Of a stretch of 64,000 nt of DNA, positions 30,310 through 37,203 are shown piece by piece; the first letter of the stretch is position 1, and each line of letters opens with the position of its first letter. Under the pieces are notes generated by a model. The model saw only the letters and a program-made list of their open reading frames with translations, did no database searches and was not told the DNA's origin. The position numbers were made by a program, and so were the translations under genes. Source of the stretch: an uncultured Solirubrobacterales bacterium (GTDB lineage: Bacteria > Actinomycetota > Thermoleophilia > Solirubrobacterales > 70-9); the NCBI GenBank assembly GCA_963759295.1, contig CAVWYT010000012.1:3604-67603 (forward strand), written 5' to 3'.

Positions 30310-30607
30310 GCTTCGTCCTCGTCCTCGTCTCGTCGTCCAAGGCCTCGGCGAGCTCGGGCGACACCTCGGTCCGCACGGCGGCCTCGGCGCGCCAGCGAAT
30401 CTTCGCGTCGCGGTAGGTGACGCCAGGCTCGATCTCGTCGGGCAGGTTCTCCCGCTCGGTGTGGGAGCCGGAGCGCCGCTCGTCGGAGCCCGGGAAGCTC
30501 ACCTCGGTCTCGGGCACCTCGTCGAAGCGGATCGCCTTCATCTTCGCCACCGCGCCGATTTCGACATCGGCAAGCGGCTCCTTGTCCGTGCGCTTCTTGG
30601 CGCTCAC
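30306..30607 (-). CDS. Acidic ~100-aa protein, unknown function (apparent 1-nt frameshift 8 codons before the natural stop)
   Basis: A GTG start overlaps the upstream stop (GTGA). The product is SAKKRTDKEPLADVEIGAVAKMKAIRFDEVPETEVSFPGSDERRSGSHTERENLPDEIEPGVTYRDAKIRWRAEAAVRTEVSPELAEALDDE. After gacgacgag the track frame switches to rare AGG codons and low GC3. Restoring one G gives ...DDEDEDEDEA* with the stop at 30306-30308. Confidence 0.5.
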
Positions 30608-32220
30608 GATCGCTGCGCCTTCTGCACGTCTCGCAGGGTCACGCGACCGTCGGCTCCCGTGCCCTCGATCTGCTCGACGTCCAGCCCGGCATCGGCCGCC
30701 TCGCGCAGCGCGGCCGCGGTCGCGTTGTGCTTGTCGGCCCCGTTGTGCTTGTCGGCCCGCTTCTCGCGGCGGCGCTCGCCCATCTCCATCACCTTGCGCG
30801 TCGCGGCCAGGCTGAGGTCCTTCGCCTCGTCGGACGCGGCGCTGCCGAGCTGCTTGGCGGCGACCTTGACCGCTTCCTTGGCCAGTTGGGGAGCACTGAT
30901 TCCGGGCAGCCCGCCTCCGTCGCCTCCGCCGTTGCTCTCGGAGCCGCCGTCGCCGCTGCCGCCGCCGCCGCCGAGCAGGCCTCCTGCCGCCCCACCGACA
31001 ACCCCTCCGGCCGCGTCGCCGACGCCCTGGCCGACGCCGCCGACCGCCTGGCCGGCCGCGTCGCCGACGCCCTGGCCGAGATCGCCTACGCCCTGGCCGA
31101 CGCCGCCGACCGCCTGGCCGGCGCCCTCCCCGAGCCCGCCGACCGCCTCACCGGCACCCTCACCGACCTGGCCCACCGTCTGCCCGAGATTGCCGACCGT
31201 CTGGTCGAGATTCCCGACCGCCTGCCCGGCGCCCTCGCCGACGCCCTCGACCGCCTGGCCGGCTCCCTGGCCGACGCCCTCGACCGCCTGGCCGGCTCCC
31301 TGGCCGACGCCCTCGACGGCCTGGCCGGCTCCCTGGCCGACGCCCTCGACGGCCTGTCCGGCGCCCTCGCCGACGCCCTCGACCGCCTGGCCGGCTCCCT
31401 GGCCGACGCCCTCGACGGCCTCTCCGGCGCCTTCGCCGACGCTCTCGACGGCCTGGCCGGCGCCCTGGCCGACGCCCTCGACCGCCTGGCCGGCGCCCTC
31501 GCCGACCTCGCCGACCGCCTGCTTGGCACCCTCGCCCACGTGCTCGGCTCCCTCGCCGGTCTCATCGATGGCCTCGCCGGCGCCCGAGCCGATGTGTTCG
31601 ACGGCGGCGCTGAGGTTCTCGACCAGCTCCGGGTTGCGGTCGACCGCGGTCAGGACCCGGTCGATCATCGCCGCAACGTGGTCGAGCCGCACCTTGGCGA
31701 GTGCTTGCGCCTCGACGCCCTCGATGTCGATCCGCAGCTTGCCGAGGTGGACGTCGACCCCGACCGTGAGGTTCAGGAGGTCGAGCACCTTCGCCTTGAC
31801 CGCGACGTGCGCGTCCAGCTGGTCGAGCTCGAGATGGATCCGGTCGACCTTGACGACCGGCACCGCGAGCAGGAGATCGGGATTGGTGATCTCGCCGTCG
31901 CCGGTCGCGTACGAGCGGTACTCGCGTTCGGCGCGGGTCAACTGGCCCTCGACGTTTTGCGCGAACCGGTACTTCTCGGTCTTCTGGGACGCCGAGCGGC
32001 CGTCGCCGTCGGAGCTCTTGGAGCTCTTCGCCGGAGAGCTCTTGGTCTGGCGCGCGAGCGCTCGCTTGGTCCTGGCGGGCGCGCTGCTCTTCTTCGAGGA
32101 GGCGCCGTGATCGTTCTTTGCGGAGGTGCGGGTGCGCCGACGCGCCGGGGTCGACGTGCTCTGACCGTTCTTCGACCCCCGTGAACGTGTGCTTGATCGG
32201 CTGTTCGACTTTCGCGCCAT
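30604..32220 (-). CDS. Repeat protein C: basic Ser/Arg/Lys-rich N-tail + conserved unknown domain + ~200 aa of 11-residue G/Q/A/V/E repeats + Gly-rich linker + PSBD(E3-binding)-like C-terminal domain
   Basis: The 538-aa ORF is intact. Residues 116-203 are paralogous to residues 46-133 of the next gene. The repeats read VGEGAGQAVEGVGQGAGQAVEG.... The C-terminus is TAAALREAADAGLDVEQIEGTGADGRVTLRDVQKAQ. Confidence 0.75.
   Translation of the reverse strand: MARKSNSRSSTRSRGSKNGQSTSTPARRRTRTSAKNDHGASSKKSSAPARTKRALARQTKSSPAKSSKSSDGDGRSASQKTEKYRFAQNVEGQLTRAEREYRSYATGDGEITNPDLLLAVPVVKVDRIHLELDQLDAHVAVKAKVLDLLNLTVGVDVHLGKLRIDIEGVEAQALAKVRLDHVAAMIDRVLTAVDRNPELVENLSAAVEHIGSGAGEAIDETGEGAEHVGEGAKQAVGEVGEGAGQAVEGVGQGAGQAVESVGEGAGEAVEGVGQGAGQAVEGVGEGAGQAVEGVGQGAGQAVEGVGQGAGQAVEGVGQGAGQAVEGVGEGAGQAVGNLDQTVGNLGQTVGQVGEGAGEAVGGLGEGAGQAVGGVGQGVGDLGQGVGDAAGQAVGGVGQGVGDAAGGVVGGAAGGLLGGGGGSGDGGSESNGGGDGGGLPGISAPQLAKEAVKVAAKQLGSAASDEAKDLSLAATRKVMEMGERRREKRADKHNGADKHNATAAALREAADAGLDVEQIEGTGADGRVTLRDVQKAQRS
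30990..31590 (-). repeat. 33-bp (11-codon) tandem repeat array inside repeat protein C
   Basis: The core holds eight near-identical units gccgacgccctcgaccgcctggccggctccctg at 31237-31500, each 33 nt with 0-5 substitutions. More degenerate 33-nt units flank the core on both sides. Confidence 0.85.
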
Positions 32221-32229
32221 GCCCTCTCC

Positions 32230-33162
32230 TCAGCCTTTGCCCTGCTGGCCGCCGCCCGATCCCTGCTGGGCCGGTTGGCGCTGCTGTCCCTGCTGGGCCG
32301 GTTGGCCCTGTTGGCCCTGCTGGCCCTGCTGAGCCGGTTGGCCCTGCTGGCCGGCCAGGTTGCCGAGGCCTTGCCCGGCCCCCTGCCCCACCTGGCCCAG
32401 GCCCTGGCCAACTCCCTGCCCGGCCTGTCCGACGCCCTGTCCGACGCCTTGCCCGGCCTCGCCGAGGCCCTGGCCGACCCCTTGCCCGGCCTCGCCGAGG
32501 CCCTGGCCGGCGCCCTCGCCGAGCTTGCCGACGCCCTGCCCGACCCCCTGCCCGGCCTCGCCGAGGCCCTGGCCTGCGCCCTCGCCGAGCTTGCCGACGC
32601 CCTTGCCGGCACCCTGGCCGACGTCCGAAAGCGCCTGGTTGGCGCCCTTGCCGATCTGCGGAAGCGCCATCTCGGCGCCCTCGCCGACGTCCTCGGCGAC
32701 ATCTCCGGCGGATCCGAGCAGCTCCCCGGTTCCGGCGCCTGTGTCCTCGACGGCTCGTCCGATTCCCGCCAGCAGCTCCGGGTTTCGATCGAGCGTCAGG
32801 GCGACCCGATCGACGATCGCTTGCACGGTGTCGAGGCGCGCATTGAGAAGGGCCTGGGCCTCCACTCCCTCGATCTCGAGCAGGACCTTCTCGAGCCGCA
32901 CGTCGGCGCCGACGCTGAGCTGGGCCAGCCTGCGTACCTCGGCGGCAACCGCCACCTGAGCGCGCAGGTCGTCGACCTCGACCTCGAGCTTGTCGACCTT
33001 GACCACCGGTACGTCGACGATCACATCCGAGCCCGGTTCGATCTTGCTCGGATCGACGATCGCGTAGTCGTCGTACTTCGGCTGCGACTTCGCCTGCTTA
33101 CGCTGCGCCTCCCGGCGCTTTGCGTTGCGTTCCCGGCGCTTGTCTGTGTTCTCGTCGGCCAC
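32230..33162 (-). CDS. Repeat protein B: basic N-tail + the same conserved unknown domain + G/Q/A/V/L 11-residue repeats ending in a Gln/Gly-rich tail
   Basis: The 310-aa ORF is intact. The shared domain reads VPVVKVDKLEVEVDDLRAQVAVAAEVRRLAQLSVGADVRLEKVLLEIEGVEAQALLNARLDTVQAIVDRVALTLDRNPELL. The repeats read GEGAGQGLGEAGQGVGQGVGKL..., then QQGQPAQQGQQGQQGQPAQQGQQ. Confidence 0.75.
   Translation of the reverse strand: MADENTDKRRERNAKRREAQRKQAKSQPKYDDYAIVDPSKIEPGSDVIVDVPVVKVDKLEVEVDDLRAQVAVAAEVRRLAQLSVGADVRLEKVLLEIEGVEAQALLNARLDTVQAIVDRVALTLDRNPELLAGIGRAVEDTGAGTGELLGSAGDVAEDVGEGAEMALPQIGKGANQALSDVGQGAGKGVGKLGEGAGQGLGEAGQGVGQGVGKLGEGAGQGLGEAGQGVGQGLGEAGQGVGQGVGQAGQGVGQGLGQVGQGAGQGLGNLAGQQGQPAQQGQQGQQGQPAQQGQQRQPAQQGSGGGQQGKG
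32233..32742 (-). repeat. 33/66-bp periodic coding repeats inside repeat protein B
   Basis: The segment ttgcccggcctcgccgaggccctggcc recurs at about 32449, 32482 and 32548. The segment gcgccctcgccgagcttgccgacgccct recurs at about 32509 and 32575 (66-bp spacing). CAG/CCA-type Gln-Pro repeats lie at 32240-32340. Confidence 0.75.
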
Positions 33163-33168
33163 GCTCGA

Positions 33169-33798
33169 TCAGCCTCGCTTCGAGTTGTTGATCGCGTCGC
33201 TCGCCTTCTGGACCTGGGAGGCGACCTGACCGACCTGCTCGCTTCGCTGCGCGACCTCGCCCGCGGCGTGGCCGATCGCCTTCAACGCCGAGTCGGGCTT
33301 CGGCATGCTGACGTTCGGCGCCTTGATCTTCGGCATGCTGACCTTCGGCGCCTTGACCTTGGGCATCTTCACGTTCGGCTTTCCGATCCGCCCGAGGACT
33401 CCCTTGCGCCGCTGGCTGCGGCTCAGTGCCAGTCCGCCCGCGAGCCCGACCAGCGCGGCCCCGCCGGCTGCGGCGGGCGCCTTCGCCTTCTCGGCGAACG
33501 CAGCGAGCTTCGACTTCTCGGCGCCGTTGCCCTTCGCCGCCGCCCCGAGCTGCCTTCGCCGCCGCGCCCGAGCTTGACTGCTTGGAGGCTCGCTGCCCCG
33601 CGCTCGGGGAGCGACGCTGACTCGACGAGCGCTGAGTCGACGAACGCTTGCGCTCGAGGCGCTGCTGCTGCTGGTGCTTCGTGAGCCGCCCGAGGACGTG
33701 CGCTTGCTTTGCGCGCTCGCACCGTTGCCGCTCTTCGAACCTGCCGACCGGCTCTTGGAACTCTTCGACCGCGTGCTGCCCGTCTTCGTCTGGGCCAT
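33169..33798 (-). CDS. Protein A: ~100-aa Ser/Arg/Lys-rich disordered N-region + one TM helix + MPKVKAP-type short repeats + helical tail
   Basis: The 209-aa product starts MAQTKTGSTRSKSSKSRSAGSKSGNGASAQSKRTSSGGSRSTSSSS. The TM helix is AAAGGAALVGLAGGLAL. The short repeats read GKPNVKMPKVKAPKVSMPKIKAPNVSMPKP. The stop lies 6 nt before the start of gene B. Confidence 0.6.
   Translation of the reverse strand: MAQTKTGSTRSKSSKSRSAGSKSGNGASAQSKRTSSGGSRSTSSSSASSASVRRLSARRVSVAPRARGSEPPSSQARARRRRQLGAAAKGNGAEKSKLAAFAEKAKAPAAAGGAALVGLAGGLALSRSQRRKGVLGRIGKPNVKMPKVKAPKVSMPKIKAPNVSMPKPDSALKAIGHAAGEVAQRSEQVGQVASQVQKASDAINNSKRG
33301..33379 (-). repeat. 30-bp tandem repeat (2.6 copies) encoding the MPKVKAPKVS motif
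   Basis: The three units are cggcatgctgacgttcggcgccttgatctt, cggcatgctgaccttcggcgccttgacctt and gggcatcttcacgttcggc. Confidence 0.8.
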
Positions 33799-33932
33799 CA
33801 GAAGGCCTCCTTGCTCGCTTCGGGTGCCCGGGAAACCTCCCGGCCCTCGCGCTTCGTTCTACCCCCGGCCAGGCCCGTCAATCTCGGATCGACGCCAAAC
33901 GCCCCGCTAAGGCCACAAATCATTCGGACGGT

Positions 33933-33959
33933 GGGGGCCCGGTCATCCGGTCGGCCCCC
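33933..33959 (-). terminator. Putative terminator hairpin between the ArsM-like gene and the repeat-protein operon
   Basis: The hairpin gggggcccgg-tcat-ccgg(tc)ggccccc has a 10-11 bp stem with a 2-nt bulge. It lies about 105 nt downstream of the stop at 34067 and about 135 nt upstream of the start at 33798. Confidence 0.4.
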
Positions 33960-34066
33960 CGGCCTACTGGTGCGCCCGGTCGCGGCGGTCGCGATCTTGC
34001 ACCGCCCGCCTTCGTCAGCTCGAGCTACGCCACCGAGGCCGGCGCGATCGCGATGCGGCGAGGTCG

Positions 34067-34897
34067 CTACTCGCGCACGGCGAGGATCGAGATGCTCTCG
34101 ATCTCGTAGGTGCTACAGGCGTCGAGCGCGCGATCGGAGACGAACTCGTACGGGTTCGCCTGCGTGCGGCGCACCTGGAACCCCGCCGCTTCGACCGTCT
34201 CGAGGTAGCTGCGGCGCGGGATTGCTCCGGCGACGCACGCCGCCCAGAGGTCGACGTTGCGACGCGTCGTCTCGCGCAGCGGCCGGCCGCTGACGATGTC
34301 GGAGATCGCGAGCCGTCCCCCCGGCCGCAGCACCCTGGCCGCCTCCTCGAAGACGCGATCCTTGCGCAGCGAGAGGTTGATGACGCCGTTCGAGATCACG
34401 CAATCGAAGCTCTGCGCGTCGAGCGGCAGTTCCTCGATCGTCGACCGATGAAACTCGACCTGCTCGAACCCGTGGCGATCTCGCAGCCGCTCGGCCTTGG
34501 CGACCTGCGCTTCGGTGAAGTCGACGCCCGCGACCATGCCGTCCGTCCCGACGGCGAGCGCCGCGTAGAAGACATCGGTCCCGGAACCCGAGCCGAGGTC
34601 GAGGACCCGCTCGCCCGGTCGCAGCGCGGCGAGCTCGAAGTGGTGCCCGACGCCCGCGAACGAGGCGAGGGCATCTGCCGGTAGGTCGTCGAGCCGTTCG
34701 GGGTCGTAGCCGAGCCGCTCGGCGAGACCGCGGCCGGTCTCGAAGTGCAGTTCGCCGCTCTCCTCGCGGGCGACGTGCCCGTACATCTCCTTGACCGCTG
34801 ACTCGAGCCGTTGGCCGTCGACCAGCGATGTGGCGTCCGCCTGCGGCAGCTGCCCGGCGACGGCCATCTCCTGCTCGCGGGCGCTCGTCTCGCTCAA
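34067..34897 (-). CDS. ArsM-like class I SAM-dependent methyltransferase
   Basis: The 276-aa product reads VKEMYGHVAREE...FETGRGLAERLGY...VLDLGSGSGTDVFYAA...VAGVDFT..Q...A...VISNGVINLS.DK..VF.EA.RVLRPGGRLAISDIV. This is the pattern of arsenite / generic small-molecule methyltransferases. Confidence 0.75.
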   Translation of the reverse strand: MSETSAREQEMAVAGQLPQADATSLVDGQRLESAVKEMYGHVAREESGELHFETGRGLAERLGYDPERLDDLPADALASFAGVGHHFELAALRPGERVLDLGSGSGTDVFYAALAVGTDGMVAGVDFTEAQVAKAERLRDRHGFEQVEFHRSTIEELPLDAQSFDCVISNGVINLSLRKDRVFEEAARVLRPGGRLAISDIVSGRPLRETTRRNVDLWAACVAGAIPRRSYLETVEAAGFQVRRTQANPYEFVSDRALDACSTYEIESISILAVRE

Positions 34898-34952
34898 TCT
34901 CGGCCTCGCTCAGCTCGATCCCGGACCCCGGACAAGCGGCCGCCGGGCGAGC

Positions 34953-35297
34953 TCATGCCCGACGACGACCGAGCCCGGCGTCCAGCCGCTGCGCCTCGGT
35001 CTGGCACCACTCGGCCAACGCGCGCAGCCACTCGCTCTCGGCTCGAGTGCGGACGGCGACGTAGCCGGTGAACTCCCCCGCAAGCTCCTCGGCCTCGCTG
35101 ACGCTGAGCGTGCGCGTTCGTCCCTCGAGCTCGTCGTGGCGTCGCCACTCGACCCCGCCACCGTCACCCGGCTCGAGCACCAACCGGGTGCCGTCGCTGA
35201 GCACGAGCTCGCGCGGGGCGTCGCCCCGCAGCCAGGCGCCGCGGGCGCGATCGTTGTCGATGCCCCTCGCCGTCGCGGTTCGGGTCCCTGCTTCCAT
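34953..35297 (-). CDS. Hypothetical protein (114 aa)
   Basis: The internal start MEAGTRTATARGIDNDRARGAWLRGDAPRELVLSDGTRLVLEPGDGGGVEWRRHDELEGR... has AGGAGG upstream. GC3 is high and no family was recognised. Confidence 0.45.
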   Translation of the reverse strand: MEAGTRTATARGIDNDRARGAWLRGDAPRELVLSDGTRLVLEPGDGGGVEWRRHDELEGRTRTLSVSEAEELAGEFTGYVAVRTRAESEWLRALAEWCQTEAQRLDAGLGRRRA

Positions 35298-35470
35298 CTC
35301 GCTCTCCTCCTTTCGCCATCCGATTCGGGATGACATCGCTTGCGAGAGAGGAGACGACGTTAGCGAGATCGGCGCGGCGCTTGGGTAAGAGTTCCGTAAA
35401 AGCTGTTGGACGCTGTGCTGATCGGGTAACGCGTCAGCAAGCGCCGCCCGGAGAGCGATCGGAGTTAGGG

Positions 35471-35671
35471 ATGAAGGCAACTGAGCTTGGTCAGACAGCA
35501 CTGGTCGGTTGGCGCGAGAAGGCCGCCGCCGGGGTCGCCGGGCCGGTGTCCGAGCGGACCAGCCTGGCGGACGAGCAGGTGCGTGCCTTGGTCGGCGCGC
35601 TCTTCTTCGTCCTCGCCCTCTATTACGTCGTCGGGACCTTGCGACGGGCGCTGACGGGCGCCGGAACCTGA
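35471..35671 (+). CDS. Small membrane protein (66 aa), hypothetical
   Basis: An ATG with GGAG upstream opens MKATELGQTALVGWREKAAAGVAGPVSERTSLADEQVRALVGALFFVLALYYVVGTLRRAL. There is one C-terminal TM helix. Confidence 0.4.
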   Translation: MKATELGQTALVGWREKAAAGVAGPVSERTSLADEQVRALVGALFFVLALYYVVGTLRRALTGAGT

Positions 35672-35672
35672 C

Positions 35673-36749
35673 CTACTTGGTCCCGACGACCATCGAGTCG
35701 GGCCCGACGAGATGTTCGACGCGGCTTTCGCGGAAGCCCGTCTCCTGCATCCAGGCCCGGCAGTCGGCGCCCGTGTAGTCGAAGCCCCCGGGCGTCTCGA
35801 TCAGCATGTTCAGGCTCATCAGCAGGCCGAAGGCGTTGGCGCGCCGCTCGTCGTCGATGATCGCCTCGTAGACGATCAATGCGCCGCCCTCGGGCAGGGC
35901 GTCGTAGGCCTTTTTAAGGAGCAGCCGCTTCTCGTCGAGGTCGAAGTCATGCAGGATGTGGCCCATCACCAGCACATCCGCCTTCGGCAGCGGGTCTGAG
36001 AAGAAGTCCCCGGCGGTGAAGCTGAGGCGTTCGCCGAGCCCGAAGCGGGCGACGTTCGCCTCGAAGAGCGGCTCGACCGGGGGTAGGTCGAATCCGCCGC
36101 CGGTGATGTGCTCGTGCGCGAGCGCGATCTGAACCGGCACGGCGCCCTCGGCGCAGCCGACGTCGATCACGCTGGCGTGGTCGCGCCAGGGAAACCTGGC
36201 GGCGATCGCCTGCGCCGCGCCTGTGCTCACGGCGCTCATCGCGCGCGCGAACTGGGCGAGCCGCGCCGGATCGGCGTAGAGGGCCTCGAAGAAGCTCCCG
36301 CCGCCCTTTGCCTCGTTCTGCGGGGTTCCGGTGCGAAGCCCCTCCGTCAGCGATCCCCAAAAACCATAGAGGCGGGCGTTCGCCATCTCCAGCATGCCGC
36401 CGATGTACGAGGGCTTGGCCCGATCGAGAAACAGCTCGGTGGCCGGGGTGTTGGCATAGCGGCCGTCATCGCGCTCGAGCATGCCCAGCGCGACTAACGC
36501 GTCGAAGAAGTCCGTCGCGCTTCGCGGGTGCAGGCCCAGGCGCTCGCGCAGCGTCTCGCTGTCGAGCGCGCCGGCGTCCGCCAGCTCTGAGAAGACCCCG
36601 AGCTCGACGGCGCTCAGAAGCGCCTTCGAGCCCCAGAACCCGAACCCCAGCTGCATGATCGCATCGGGCGTCGCCTGCGGCGTGCGCTCGACGTCGGTCT
36701 GTGGTCCGTTCATCGACGCAGTCCTTTCGAAGAAACCAAGCCCGGCCAA
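35673..36749 (-). CDS. Family-2 O-methyltransferase (dimerisation + Methyltransf_2 domains)
   Basis: The sequence reads [26 protein letters not shown]...[16 protein letters not shown]...GGFDLPPV...[28 protein letters not shown]....[18 protein letters not shown]. The true start may be the MNGPQ codon at 36713. Confidence 0.85.
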   Translation of the reverse strand: MAGLGFFERTASMNGPQTDVERTPQATPDAIMQLGFGFWGSKALLSAVELGVFSELADAGALDSETLRERLGLHPRSATDFFDALVALGMLERDDGRYANTPATELFLDRAKPSYIGGMLEMANARLYGFWGSLTEGLRTGTPQNEAKGGGSFFEALYADPARLAQFARAMSAVSTGAAQAIAARFPWRDHASVIDVGCAEGAVPVQIALAHEHITGGGFDLPPVEPLFEANVARFGLGERLSFTAGDFFSDPLPKADVLVMGHILHDFDLDEKRLLLKKAYDALPEGGALIVYEAIIDDERRANAFGLLMSLNMLIETPGGFDYTGADCRAWMQETGFRESRVEHLVGPDSMVVGTK

Positions 36750-36785
36750 CCTACACGGCGGCCCGCATGACCACGATCCGGGCCA

Positions 36786-37193
36786 CTACTTCGCCGCTTC
36801 GACCGGCAACTGCGCGGCTCGCCAAGCCTGAAAGCCGCCGACGAGGTCGGTGGCACGAAGCCCGAGGCGAACGAGCGTGGCCGCGGCGAGGCTCGACTGA
36901 TACCCCTCGTCACAGATCAGGACGATGAGTCGGTCACGGCACGCGACCGCATCGTCTCTGTCCGCGGAGGCCGGATCACAACGCCATTCGAGAACGTTGC
37001 GCGGAATGAACACCGCCCCCGGAATGAAGCCGTCTCGTCGGCGCTGGCTCTCGGAGCGGATGTCGACCAGGGTCGCCCCGGCGGCGCTCGCGGCCCTCGC
37101 CTCCAACGGCGACAGGCGTTCCAATCCTGCTCGCGCCTCGGCCAGCAGGCCATCCACCGTGTCATGGTTCTCGAGCGATCCGACCACGAGCAC
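36786..37193 (-). CDS. Rhodanese-domain sulfurtransferase-like protein
   Basis: The 135-aa product reads LVDIRSESQRRRDGFIPGAVFIPRNVLEWR...LIVLICDEGYQSSLAAATLVRLGL..ATDLVGGFQAW. The active-site loop is CDEGYQS. Confidence 0.8.
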   Translation of the reverse strand: MLVVGSLENHDTVDGLLAEARAGLERLSPLEARAASAAGATLVDIRSESQRRRDGFIPGAVFIPRNVLEWRCDPASADRDDAVACRDRLIVLICDEGYQSSLAAATLVRLGLRATDLVGGFQAWRAAQLPVEAAK

Positions 37194-37203
37194 TCCGGTT
37201 CGA

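Noticed and set aside
30140-32110. A 656-aa plus-strand ORF with striking Pro/Ser/Thr/Ala/Trp repeats (PTPSTAWPAPWPTPSTAWPAP...). It could be mistaken for a proline-rich surface protein.
   Set aside because: It is the antisense reading of the 33-bp repeat array of protein C. The minus-strand frame has better GC3, a proper RBS and start, and a paralogue (B). The plus-strand periodicity is simply inherited from the repeat.
30990-32742. Regularly spaced short repeats were considered as a possible CRISPR array.
   Set aside because: The units are contiguous 33-bp tandem repeats with no unique spacers. They lie inside two long ORFs and no cas genes are nearby. They are coding repeats, not CRISPR.
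30604-33162. The shared domain of B and C was considered as a gas-vesicle GvpA/J-like or Asp23-like domain.
   Set aside because: There is only a vague resemblance in alternating hydrophobic pattern. The motif order does not match GvpA (LAEVIDRILDKG...IELLAIEARIV). No other gvp genes (F/L, G, K, N, O) are present.
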